Source: Aplysia californica
Taxonomy: Eukaryota
Assembly: GCF_000002075.1 (NCBI RefSeq)
Contig: NW_004798191.1
Span: forward strand, 1-64,000
DNA: 64,000 nucleotides
Direction: 5' to 3'
Shown: positions 26,710-38,290 of the stretch, one piece after another
Layout: each line of letters starts with the position of its first letter
How positions within the stretch are numbered: the stretch's first letter is position 1
Translations under genes and position numbers: made by a program
Notes under the pieces: generated by a model
What the model was told of the DNA's origin: nothing
The model's input: only the letters and a program-made list of their open reading frames with translations
The model's database searches: none

Positions 26710-26850
26710 CGCGTGTCAGACGTGGGGGATGAGAAGAGCTCTGTCGGCCATACCGAGGAGGGAAAGAAGGCAAGAAGGTGTAAATTGAAGCACACCAGTA
26801 ACAACAGTAGGCCTATGGCTTCTATATGAAAATACTGTTCAGAAATAACG

Positions 26851-28719
26851 ATGGTGCAAAACTGTGCTGTTGTTGGATGTTCAAACAAGCGTGACAAGGA
26901 GACAACTCATCTCGGCTTTCACAAGTAAGTTTAGATTTCTAGTTTTTAAGTCAGAAGTGTATACAGACCCGGTAACCGGGCCGGGAACAAAGTCACGAAG
27001 TATACAGACCCGGTAGGGGAACTCTTTTGTGATTTCGGAAATTTTCAGCACCCAGACCCGGTAGTGTGTTTGTGTGTGTGTGTGTGTGAGAGAGAGAGAA
27101 AGAAAGAGATGTGCTAGCAAAATGTATGACATGCCCCAGTTGGCAGGAGGGAACGAGAGAAAGTAGAGTGGGAAATAGGTGGGGAGAAAGAAAGACAGAG
27201 ACAAAGAAAAAGAGAAGGCGAACCCTACACATAAGAGAGAGAGAGGCAGAGAAATAGAGACAGAGAGGGTCACTGTTCGATTGAAATTTTATATGCATTG
27301 TTCTTTTCTTCAAATTGTGATTCCTCCAACTCGGAAACGGAGGAAAAACGATCGTTCATCGAAAAGACATCTATCTGCAATCTTCATTTAGATCTAGAAT
27401 CTAGGCTAGCCTTGAAATTAGATCAAATAAATAAACGGCTGTCTGTCTAGATCTAGATCTAGACTCTAGACCATAGATCTAGAAGAACCTAGATCTAGAT
27501 CTAGATATAGGTCTACACACTGAGCCAAGAGGGCGCTGAAACTTTCCGAAATCACAAAAGAGTTCCCCTACCGGGTCTGTATGCTTTGTGACTTTGTTCC
27601 CGATTACCGGGTCTGTATACACTCCCTTCTAAGTCCTAGAGATCTAGACGTCTATGTCTAGAATCTAGATTAGATCTAGATATAGATCTAGATATAGATC
27701 TAATGTAGAAATCTAAATCTAAATTCTAGATATGATATAGATCTAGATATCTATATATTTCTGTAGATAGATCATGCATGGTTAAATCAGGCTCTCGTCA
27801 AAACAATGAAATCGAAGAAACTGACATTTTTTATTCCCGAATGACAGTTTTTATTTTTTTTATTCATTGACTCAACACGATGGAAGTCACCAAACCTTGG
27901 CAGCCATTTTCTCGCTGAGTTCACCTCTGAAACCAGGCGACCCCAACCTCCTTCAAATGCAAATGTCTCGACTCCTATTCAGATAGATAGATGGGTAAAT
28001 TGAAAAGGATACTCATCAACAGGCTCTAATATAATATGTACCAATGACCAGTAACTCCACATGCCCAAAGACTGACGCTTGCCTGATTCCACAAGGTCCT
28101 GACACATCTATGTTATGAAACACCAAAATGTAATGAAAGATAAAAGAAGAGATGATTTATTTTGAAAATACAATCTCGTTATACCGTCAGCCCAGCTTAC
28201 CGCAAGATTTTGCTAGTGTGTACAAAAACCCCACTTAATGGTTTCAAGACTACTAATTAACATGAACATAAACAAGAACATGATCTTAGCTTTGATTCTT
28301 GAGTTCTTGACGTATTGTCCGAAATATGTAATATTAAACGGTGTAAAATCCGATCTTATATTCACGAACATGTGTACGCCCCAAGGTTGTGTAATGTCCT
28401 CTGTAATGAATTTGGTAGGACTTTCCACTTCAAAATTTTTGCCGTTTGTAATGAAATTCAAAAATTCATTTCCAGGTTCCCTTTCTCAGATCCGGAACGA
28501 CTGCAAAAATGGATCCATCTCGTTTCTCGCAAAGATGCCCACGGAAAGCTCTGGTTTCCCTCAAAAAGTGCGAGAATATGCAGCGATCATTTTCTCCTAG
28601 AAGATTATGAGCTCGACACGCAGAACAAAGTTCTACGGGCAACTGCTGTGCCGTCAAAGTTCCCCTGTCGCCCTGGTCAGAGTCCAGGTCAGAGTCAACG
28701 AGTTCGAAAGCCGTCATAG
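26851..28719 (+). CDS. THAP (C2CH zinc finger) domain, exons 26851-26924 and 28476-28719 (105 aa to the in-frame TAG)
   Basis: MVQNCAVVGCSNKRDKETTHLGFHK|FPFSDPERLQKW...ICSDHFLLEDY...LRATAVPSKFP contains the THAP C-x4-C, P, W, C-x2-H-F and AVP-box motifs. Donor gtaagt at 26925 and acceptor ttccag at 28475 form a phase-2 intron. Confidence 0.88.
26953..27630. mobile_element. TIR element with ~105-bp inverted arms in THAP intron 1, apparent 5-bp TSD AAGTC
   Basis: 26953-27066 is the reverse complement of ~27515-27630; the motif cagacccggta repeats within each arm. Confidence 0.78.
27389..27775. repeat. Self-complementary (TAGATC)n tract
   Basis: Runs of tagatctagatctag on both sides of the right arm of the TIR element. 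Confidence 0.7.
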
Positions 28720-30303
28720 AGATTGAAACGTCCTTTCAGCAATGTTGAAATAGCTTGTAGCAGCAGCACCGAAGCTCCAGACCATGAGCTTGACCCTCAG
28801 AAGAAAGTTCCAGGAACAACTGCAGAGACGTCCAAGTTCCCATGTCACCCTGCTCAGAAACAATCGGCTAAAAAATCGCAGAAGAAATCTGAAATAGAAT
28901 TTCCTTTTACTAATGTTAAAGTTGAAGTCAGCAGAAGCGCCGAAACCCCAGAGGATGAGCTTGATACACAGGAGGAAGTCCTTGGAATAAACACAACGCC
29001 ATCGCCATTCCCATATCACCCCGCTCAGATGAAACAGTCAGTTCAAAAGAAGACACCAACATCTAAAAACAATGGTTGTTTTAACAATGTTGAGGCTAGC
29101 AGTAGCCCAGAAGCCCCAGATGATGAACTTAACGCACAGGAGGAAGTCCCAGGAAAAACTCTGGTACCATCGCCATTCCCATTCTCACATCACACACCTG
29201 CTCAGAAACAGTCAATTGTTCAAAAGGCATCATGGAAATCTGAAAACGAACATCTTGTTAACAAAGTTGAAGCTTGTAGTGGATCAGAAGCCCCTGATGA
29301 TGAACTTAACACACAGGGGGAGATCCCAGGAAAAACTCTAGTGCCATCGCCATTCTCTTTCCCATATCAAAAACAGTCAGTTCAAAAGAGGCCATGGAAA
29401 TCTGAAAACGAATATCTTGTTAACAAAGTTGAAGCTTGTAGTGGATCAGAAGGGTCAGATGATGAATGTATCACTCAGGAGGAGGAAGTCCAAGGAAAAA
29501 CTCTAGTGCGATCAGAGTTGTCATGCCACCCTGCTCAGATAGAATTGGTTCAAAAGACACCAGGGAGACCTAAAAAAACCTGTCCTTGTCCTTCTGCTCA
29601 GAAAGAATTCGTTGAAAAAGCACCAGGGAAACCTAAAAAAAAGCGTCCTTTCAACATTGTTGTGGTAGAACCTAACGGTAGTACAGAATCCTCAGACTCA
29701 GACGATGAGCTTGACACGAAGGAGAAAATGCCAGAAAAAACTGCAGCGGCAGCGGCATCGCAGCTTCCTTCTTGTCATTCTGCTCAGAAAGAATTTGTTC
29801 GAGAGACACTAGGGGAATCTCAAAGTAAACTTCCTGTCAACGTTTTTGTAGTGGAAGCTAGGAGTAGCTCAGAAGAAGCCTCAGAAGGTGAACATGACGC
29901 ACAGAAAAAAGTTCCAGAAAAAACTGACACAGTGCTCTTGCAGGCCCCATGTCTCCCTGCTCAGCAGCAATCAGCTGAAAAGACACAACGAAAGAGATCT
30001 CGAAAGAAACGTCGTTTTGACAACGGTGAATCTAGCAGTAACGTGGAAGCCCTAGATGAAGAAACTGCTAATCTCTTCAGCGAACACTCTTATTTCAGAC
30101 CACCTAAAGGTTTAGAGCTTAATCTGATGGAGGTGATGGTAGCCCTTGAGAGAAGCAAAGCAAAAGTTAAGAGTCACAGCAGAACGATCAAATGCTTGCG
30201 TCAAAGGCTCATGAGAAGAGACACCACAATTGCCAGCATGACGGAGGAATTGGAGTCTTTGAGGAAGAGGCTCTCCCCCGATGAGCAAAATCCTGTGAAA
30301 TGA
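28720..30303 (+). CDS. In-frame continuation of the THAP gene: ~60-aa tandem repeats, HCF-1-binding motif (EHSY) and C-terminal coiled coil
   Basis: Same frame as THAP exon 2 and stop-free for 527 codons. EHSY at 30082-30093 is followed by heptad-rich LERSKAKVKSHSRTIKCLRQRLMRRDTTIASMTEELESLRKRL, the usual THAP C-terminal layout. Confidence 0.75.
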   Translation, partial: RLKRPFSNVEIACSSSTEAPDHELDPQKKVPGTTAETSKFPCHPAQKQSAKKSQKKSEIEFPFTNVKVEVSRSAETPEDELDTQEEVLGINTTPSPFPYHPAQMKQSVQKKTPTSKNNGCFNNVEASSSPEAPDDELNAQEEVPGKTLVPSPFPFSHHTPAQKQSIVQKASWKSENEHLVNKVEACSGSEAPDDELNTQGEIPGKTLVPSPFSFPYQKQSVQKRPWKSENEYLVNKVEACSGSEGSDDECITQEEEVQGKTLVRSELSCHPAQIELVQKTPGRPKKTCPCPSAQKEFVEKAPGKPKKKRPFNIVVVEPNGSTESSDSDDELDTKEKMPEKTAAAAASQLPSCHSAQKEFVRETLGESQSKLPVNVFVVEARSSSEEASEGEHDAQKKVPEKTDTVLLQAPCLPAQQQSAEKTQRKRSRKKRRFDNGESSSNVEALDEETANLFSEHSYFRPPKGLELNLMEVMVALERSKAKVKSHSRTIKCLRQRLMRRDTTIASMTEELESLRKRLSPDEQNPVK

Positions 30304-30379
30304 AACCTTTAATAAAGGATACTTTTGTGCTGATTCAAAACTAACAAAAGGTGAAGGCAGCAGAGACAATCAGAGATGA

Positions 30380-30660
30380 CGTACTGATGAAGTGAACGTC
30401 TGGATGCAGCTTTGCCCTTTTACATATATTTCTCAAGCCTACAATCCAGGTATTTTTCGGCTCTGGTGCATCTCTGTGCAATCACAAAATGAGCGCCCTG
30501 AAAAAAATGGCTGTCCTGGGGTTGGTTTTTTTTTTTTTGACTGTGCTCAAGGTGCTGAAAAGGGACAAGCACGAAGAAAGGAAAGAAGTGGCAGGGAGAT
30601 GATGTTTGATACTATACATCTAAAAAAAAGCCCAAAGCTATGATGAGACAAGCAGTCTAA
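30380..30660 (+). pseudogene. Probable decayed P-element/THAP9-type transposase remnant
   Basis: Frameshifted pieces DEV..FAL.LH..SQAYN, NGCPGVGF..VLKVLK and MMFDTIHLKK..SYD occur in the order expected just after the coiled coil of P-type transposases (FALTLHFYSPKAY; PGF...VL; LMFDEMxIKKxLxYD). Confidence 0.45.
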
Positions 30661-31349
30661 AGATAAATAATCATGGGCATGCTAATAGGATGTGAAGACT
30701 CCCATGCCTCAGACAGAAAGCTTCTTTGTTCCCATGGTGTCCCTGGTGATGTGTATCACGTGATAGCGAGGGAGTGCAGTAACCGAGCTCTTGCGCCACC
30801 AACACCTCACAGGGCCAGATGGCACTGGTTCTATCCCTGAACCTTGACCTCACAGCCTAGATCACGAGGCATATCCTAAGGTATGTTTGTGGCCATAATA
30901 TTACGTTCACCGAAATCTGGGACCACAGCATGTAAATACAGCACGTTCCCTCCAACAATATCCACATCCATATTAATTTGATAAAAGTTATCAAGAAACG
31001 TGCAAGGAGGTCTTCTGCAAGATGATTTTACACCATCAGGAAAAACTGATGAGGACAAGACTGATACATCTGTACAACGACGTGGGAGCGTGACGTCAAA
31101 CACTGACGAGGACCATCATCTCCCAGCGTCATCGGAAGGATGCTGTATCCTGTTCAGCCGGCATGCTGTGGGAAAAGTAATCAGTTTTGTAAGTAAGTAT
31201 GAAAGTGTCCTTTTATTAATTAACAAAGTCATCAACAATGTCAGTCGCTTGTCACTCACTCTGCCCAACACCACCCCACCCTTCAGGAAAAGAAATCTAC
31301 CAGGAACTTGTTTTTATTTTAAATTTGACAGAGTGTGGGAACTATTTAA

Positions 31350-33290
31350 AACACTTTACACTCTATTCAGTTTGGTAAAAGTTTTACTAAAACTAACTGA
31401 CGTCAGTCATCTGTTCTGGTACTGTCTATTATAAACCTCACTGCAGGGGATTTACAGGGGACTGAGTTGGGGACTGAGCTAATTTAATTAATTGTGTTTA
31501 AATTTCTCTTTATAGTAAGTCCCTTTCAGTGTGAAAAATAAGGTGCCATGCACTGTGTTCTGGAAATCTTTACGCTACTTATCAACCATCACTTCATTTA
31601 CGAAAGAGTTTGTAAACATTCCAGTAAGGAGAAAAACCCATATTATTATAATTTTCTGTTGTCTCAGAGAACGCTTAGTGAGTGAATTTCGTCCTTGCCA
31701 GATGACTGGGGTGTTTTAGTATGGCGAAGATAAGCAGCTCCTACCTTGATCTTTTAGGTATACGATTCAAACAACTGGTTTGTGTTTGTGTGTACCTGTG
31801 TGTCACAGTGTGTGCGTGCTTGCGTGAGGACGGGCGGGCGGGCGGGTGCATGGTGAGTGTTTGTTTAAGAGTCTGTGCATCTATTTGTGTATAGGAGTGT
31901 GTGTATGTGCATGTGGGTCTGCATGTAGGTATTTCTGTGTGTTTGTATTTGTCTGTGTCTTTGTAAGTATCTGTGTGTGTGTGTGTGTGTGTGTTCATTG
32001 ATCTAAGAAATTGCCAATCTTTCACTAGAGGCATGTGTGCCTTATGAACATCTCTGTATAGTATGTCCATTTACTATCTTTGAATGTTAAACAACTCATC
32101 TACTTAAAACTAAACTCTTTCCCATCTCTTTACTTCTGGTCAGAAAAGTCTTAATGTGAAAGGCCAGCTCCACCAAGCTCCGGGGATGGAACAGAGGCCG
32201 TGCAGCCAGACAAAAGATAGACTAGACAACGGAAGAGGGCAAAGACATCCAATTTGGATTTACCAGAATGAACAACGATATTATAGCGGGGAATAGAGGT
32301 AAGTTCATAAGCGTAGAAGAACCACGAAAGATTGCTGCATTAAATGTGTACACTGTGCATCCAGTCTATCTCTCTGTATGTCCACTTTGTCTCTCTAAAT
32401 AATGTCCACTACCAGTCTCTGTATACTGTATCTCCTCCATAAATCTCTGAATGTCCATTCTATCTCTGTTCATGTATATCATGTGTATAAGCAGTTATAT
32501 ATATAATATATACCTCTCTGTATGTCCACTTTATCTTTCTGTAGGCACTTCATACTTCATGTATATATATATATNNNNNNNNNNNNNNNNNNNNNNNNNN
32601 NNNNNNNNNNNNNNNNNNNNNNNNNNNNNNNNNNNNNNNNNNNNNNNNNNNNNNNNNNNNNNNNNNNNNNNNNNAACACTTTGCACTCTATTCAGTTTGG
32701 TAAAAGTTTTACTAAAACTAACTGACGTCAGTCATCTGTTCTGGTACTGTCTATTATAAACCTCACTGCAGGGGATTTACAGGGGACTGAGTTGGGGACT
32801 GAGTTAATTTAATTAATTGTGTTTAAATTTCTCTTTATAGTAAGTCCCTTTCAGTGTGAAAAATAAGGTGCCATGCACTGTGTTCTGGAAATCTTTACGC
32901 TACTTATCAACCATCACTTCATTTACGAAAGAGTTTGTAAACATTCCAGTTAGGACAAAAACCCATATTATTATAATTTTCTGTTGTCTCAGAGAACGCT
33001 TAGTGAGTGAATTTCGTCCTTGCCAGATGACTGGGGTGTTTTAGTGTGGCAAAGATAAGCAGCTCCTACCTTGATCTTTTAGGTATACGATTCAAACAAC
33101 TGGTTTGTATTTGTGTGTACCTGTGTGTCACAGTGTGTGCGTGCTTGCGTGAGGACGGGCGGGCGGGCGCATGGTGAGTGTTTGTTTAAGAGTCTGTGCA
33201 TCTATTTGTGTATAGGAGTGTGTGTATGTGCATGTGGGTCTGCATGTAGGTATTTCTGTGTGTTTGTATTTGTCTGTGTCTTTGTAAGAA

Positions 33291-33330
<40 letters not shown>

Positions 33331-33905
33331 TTCATTGATATAAGAAATTGCCAATCTTTCACTAGAGGCATGTGTGCCTTATGAACATCTCTGTATAGTA
33401 TGTCATTTACTATCTTTGTATGTTAAACAACTCATCTACTTATAACTAAACTCTTTCCCATCTCTTTACTTCTGGTCAGAAAAGTCTTAATGTGAAAGGC
33501 CAGCTCCACCAAGCTCCGGGGATGGAACAGAGGCCGTGCAGCCAGACAAAAGATAGACTAGACAACGGAAGAGGGCTAAGACATCCAATTTGGATTTACC
33601 AGAATGAACAACGATATTATAGCGGGGAATAGAGGTAAGTTCATAAGCGTAGAAGAACCACGAAAGATTGCTACATTAAATGTGTACACTGTGCATCCAG
33701 TGTATCTCTCTGTATGTCCACTTTGTCTCACTATATAATGTCCACTACCAGTCTCTGTATACTGTATCTCCTCCATAAATCTCTGAATGTCCATTCTATC
33801 TCTGTTCATGTATATCATGTGTATAAGCAGTTATATATATAATATATACCTCTCTGTATGTCCACTTTATCTTTCTGTAGGCACTTCATACTTCATGTAT
33901 ATATA
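31350..33905. repeat. Near-identical ~1.23-kb direct duplication across a 100-N gap
   Basis: 31350-32574 matches 32674-33905 with only scattered SNPs and a GT-tract length difference. Confidence 0.9.
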
Positions 33906-35639
33906 TATATGTTACTGTATGTCCACTATGTCTCTTTATATATATCTCTTTCAGTACGTCCTGTATGTCTTTCTCTCTATATCTCCTCTAGGTCTTTATG
34001 TGTATGCTAAGTTACCGAGTGAGTGGTTGGCGGGTGCTTCGTGTGGTTTGCTTCTTCTATCCTATCAAACACCTATCATCCTTATCTCGCCTCCTTTTTT
34101 GTGTTTGTTACTCTCTTTTAACACCTCTAATCTTCGGCTCTCATATGACCATATTGTGTTGCAAGTGCCGTAAAAATCTTACTAAAACAAATATCTCTCT
34201 CTCCATATCACCTCTCTGTCTTTCTGTGTATGCTAAGTTGCCGAGAATGACTACATAAGTGATCATCATATTATTATTTTTCCAGCTCAAATTCCCTCGA
34301 ACCTCCCAGACGGGCCAAGGAGGGTACAAAGAACCAACTTCACCGAGGATCTGTCAAACTGACTGGGGGGCTGCTGATGTGGGGGGGGTGGAACTTCTAT
34401 CCAGGACTTTGCCAATGCCCAGGGGTGCTCAGAGGGATGAGATAGACGTCTGCTAAAACCCCCACCCTCCCACACCAGCCAGCCCGGACCCTACCTGCAA
34501 AAGTTCTTTCCTTCCGAGGAGCAGCTTCGAAGCGGCGTGACGTCCCACACAAGCTGGCACGGTATCTCAGGTTGGCAGTCAGCGAGTGATTGGTTGGCAG
34601 TCAGCGAGTGATTGGTTGGCGGGTGCTGTGGTGTGGTTTGCTCCTTCCTCTTTCCTATTAAACATCTCATCTCATATCCTTAACTCCCCTCTTTCTGTCT
34701 GTATTGTGTTTGTTACTCTCCTCTAATCTTCGACACTTACATAACCTTATTGTGTTGCAAGTGCTGTAAAACTCGTACTTAAAAAAAAAAATGTATCAAT
34801 CACTATGCAAGGCATATTACCCTTTATTGCATGATATAACAATTTTTAATTCTAAAAAATTACTAAGTGGTGAAATCATCTTATATGACCACAAGGTAGG
34901 CACCCTCTGGGCGTTAAAAAAAAATTTTGGTTTTTTTTGTTTTGTAATACAGGTATGTTGCCTGAGGGCAACACTATGCAACCTAGCACAAAAAATACCT
35001 GAAAAAGAGGAGATGGACACTTTTTTTTTTCCACGCTTCATTTAATTTGATTTTTAATCTACAATACCATAAATTGATGGAAACAGTTACTGGATGGTGT
35101 AAAGCAAAGATAAACAGCACACTCGAGGCACTGTACTTTTGGAATGCCCCTGCAGCCTGGCCTTTTGAACTGTACCGTCCCTTTTTTTCTGAAAACACCG
35201 GCCAATGATCATTAAAGATCCCTTGGTGGTCCAAAATCGATAAGAGTAGGTTTCGGCTGCCACCCGGGCAAAATTCAAAATTTCCTGCCAACTGAAAATG
35301 TTAGGTGTGTCCCGCATGCTCATATGACCTTATGCGTTGCGAGCGCCGTAAAACACTTACCAAATTTTTTATTTTAAAAAAATTGTCCATGGTTTTCCCT
35401 CCTTGGTCAGACTCCTGGCCACTTCACTTTTAAAGGCCAGAAGTGTGGGTAGTTGGCGGGTGCTCTGGTGTGGTTTTCTTCTTCTTTCCAATCAAACTTC
35501 TATCGTCTTTATCTCCCCTCCTTCTTTTTTGTGCTACTCTCTTGTAGCACCTCTAATTTTCTGCACTTGTATGACCTTATCGTGTTGCAAGTGCCGTAAA
35601 ACTCTTACTACAACTAGTAAGGCCAGAAGTGGAAGCCGG

Positions 35640-36350
35640 TCCTTTTTGTGGCTGACACCCCCAGTCAAGCCATGTCCCTCCGGCAGAGCTGCCAGGCCTG
35701 AACCAATGCTGTGTCTAAGAGGTGCCAAATGATGCCGTGGTCATATTTCTTTGACCGTACTGGGATCCCGTACAGAGCCAGCATACTGTCCAGAGCATCC
35801 ACACCACCTGTCAATTTGTTGTAGGTAGTAACCATGTGAGGACACGGAACGCCCTTTTTTTCTTGTGCCTGCTTGTCCCACCGATTTAATAAAATAAAAA
35901 TCATAATAAATTACGCTTTTACTGATCCCAGAAGGGCAATTTCATTTACAATGACAAACACACACACACACACACACACAAATACATACAACAAATACAT
36001 ACATAAATACGGTACACAATGTTACACCAGTACAGAACAATTTACAACCATGCCATTGCCGGTCGCCACTGTTCAGCGCCCTGTATTTTGAGCTAGGGTT
36101 GTCGTGTCTACAGCCTTGTTCAAGGACACACCCCAGTGACCACCCTTCTTAACCTCGTGTCACCGACACTTGCTTGACGGGACGTTACTTGAGTCTGAAC
36201 TCGTTGCTCACTTAGCCACTGGATTTGGCGTGTCCTTAGGAGCAGCAGCACAGTATGTGCTCAAGGGGGGGGGGGACACACATTTGTTGTCATGCCTCTT
36301 CAGAGCATACAGGTCGACTCCTTCATATGTGGTGGTGAGAAGTTCAAATG
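35640..36350 (-). pseudogene. piggyBac (PGBD-type) transposase fragments
   Basis: YALKRHDNKCV..LSTYCAAAP and VPCPHMVTTYNKLTGGVDALDSMLALY..RSKK..HLLDTALVQAW; fragmented and frameshifted. Confidence 0.75.
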
Positions 36351-38290
36351 TACGTATTGTCTTTTCTTTTCCAAACTGGGCAAAGCCACAAATGTTTCCT
36401 TTTGGATCGGACAATGCCTTTGAAATATGACCAGCATTCTGGTTCAAAGTAGTCTAGAAAAACATCAAGTTTGCAATCAGCTTGCAAAGTGGTCATTTCA
36501 TTCTCTGTGATCCGAGGAGATATACTGGAAGTACCTGGTGCATGTACCGGTATATGACATTAAATCCACAATGCACATACTTTATTTTACACATCTTATA
36601 CATGAAAAAATATATTTCAAACAAAAATAATTGATAAAATATTGTTATTTATATCTATAGCACGCTCATAATATGACATTATGCAGTTGCGAGCGCTGTA
36701 AAACTCTTACTAAACAAAAAGTAATTTACATGCATTCAGGCAAAGCAATGATTGTGAGCTGATAAGAAGCACAACGCTGATGACAAAAACAGTCTTCTCT
36801 TTATTTTGCTTGCACAAAATTGTGCGTCTCTCACTCATGTTACAGTCATACAAAACATTTCATCATTGCCCATTATGCACAAAATGATAGCAAAAATAAA
36901 CATTGTTAACTAAACATACATGTGTCTTAAATGTGTTCTGGAAAAGCGATTATTGTGAGCTAATCAGAAGTAGAAGCAAGCACAATAATGTTGACAAAAT
37001 CAGTCTTCATTTGTGTTAATTTCAGAACTTCTGATTCCAGCACATTTAAAATGATACCATTGGTGACAACAGTCTCATACAATTTGTTTGTATGTACGTA
37101 TTGTCTTTTCTTTTACAAACTTGGCAATGCTACAAATGTTTTCTTTTGGATAGGACAATGCCTTTGAAATATGACCAGCATTCTGATTCAAAGTAGTCTT
37201 GAAAAACATCAAGTTTGCAATCGGCTAGCAAAGTGGTCATTTCATTCTCTGTGATATCAAGCATGTCTTTTGAAATGCCCATACACACTACTACGGGAAC
37301 TGATTTCGTTTGACTCTCTTGCAGCAATGTCTTCATGGTGCCACACGTTGCATACAGCTTGGCTGCTGCCAAGATCCAAGATTGAGAGGTTGAATGTTTT
37401 CAGTTTTCTTTTTTGTAAAAAAAGAACAGTTGCACTAGAGTGAAGGGTCGTGAGGACTTTTTGCAAATATCAAAACACAAGGTCATTTTCTTGTCATTGG
37501 CACGGCTTTCTGGTTTGTCCGTTACCTTCTTTTGCTGTACCTTTTGCTTATTCTGATGGTGTTTGTCCTTTTCAGAACTTCTCATTCCAACACATTTAAA
37601 ATGGTACCAATAATCTGCTTTTTCTTAATTCGCATGCATGACATGGTGTGTTTAACTTCTGCTGATGTGGTTCCCCTAAATGAAGTAGAGCCGTGACCAG
37701 TTCTGTCACAGACTTGGTATGATCCAACACTCCCTTTAGTTTTGCATTGTGGCTTTCAGTAACATTGTTGGTTCTTTGGTTGTGTTGCCATAGTGCAAAT
37801 AATGACGGACATGGCAACCGACCCAAAATGTTGGTTTGGAGTTCCATTTACTCTGGAAGTAAGATAAAAATGACTGGGAGACAAACGAAACAACAGCAGC
37901 GATTCGTACACCTCTACAGTGCGACAGTTGATCATGCCTCTGAGAATGTCTTGGACAGCAGTCTTGTGTTACTCACTTTTCACTCTCTCTGTCTCTTGAA
38001 ATACTTGCATGACATGAAACTTACATAAAATAACTTCTACATCTGGCAATTTTTCTTTCGCAGCCCTAAGTTCTGAAAAGTCTTTGTCAATCACTACTGA
38101 TCCAAGCTGAGGACAGTCATTGTTTGCAATAAAAACGTCTAACACTAACACTGAGTAAATAGTGTTTGAACGCTCATCAGCAACAATGGCACATGCCACT
38201 GCTGGGCTCTTATTTTGGCCATCACTAACCTGAAAAACAAAAAGTCGCATAGTGCGAACATTATCCTCGTAAGTGGTGTTCATGAATAAA
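36350..38290 (-). pseudogene. Degenerate MULE/MuDR (ZSWIM-type) transposase with a C-terminal PHD-like finger
   Basis: LFVFQVSDG...VVIDKDFSELRAAKEKLPDVEVILCKFHV, TNNVTESHNAKLK, and CQVCK followed by a frameshifted C..CHQWYHFKC. Internal duplication of 36350-36510 at 37095-37255. Confidence 0.72.

Noticed and set aside
28676-28719. Micro-intron removing the THAP in-frame TAG
   Set aside because: The candidate GT..AG introns are 44 or 32 nt, shift the frame and lack a pyrimidine tract.
31044-31140. Hammerhead ribozyme (CTGATGAG/CTGACGAG cores)
   Set aside because: No correctly placed GAAA and no supporting stems.
31350-33905. Biological 1.2-kb tandem duplication
   Set aside because: Near-identical copies abut a 100-N gap, most simply an unmerged contig overlap or two haplotypes.
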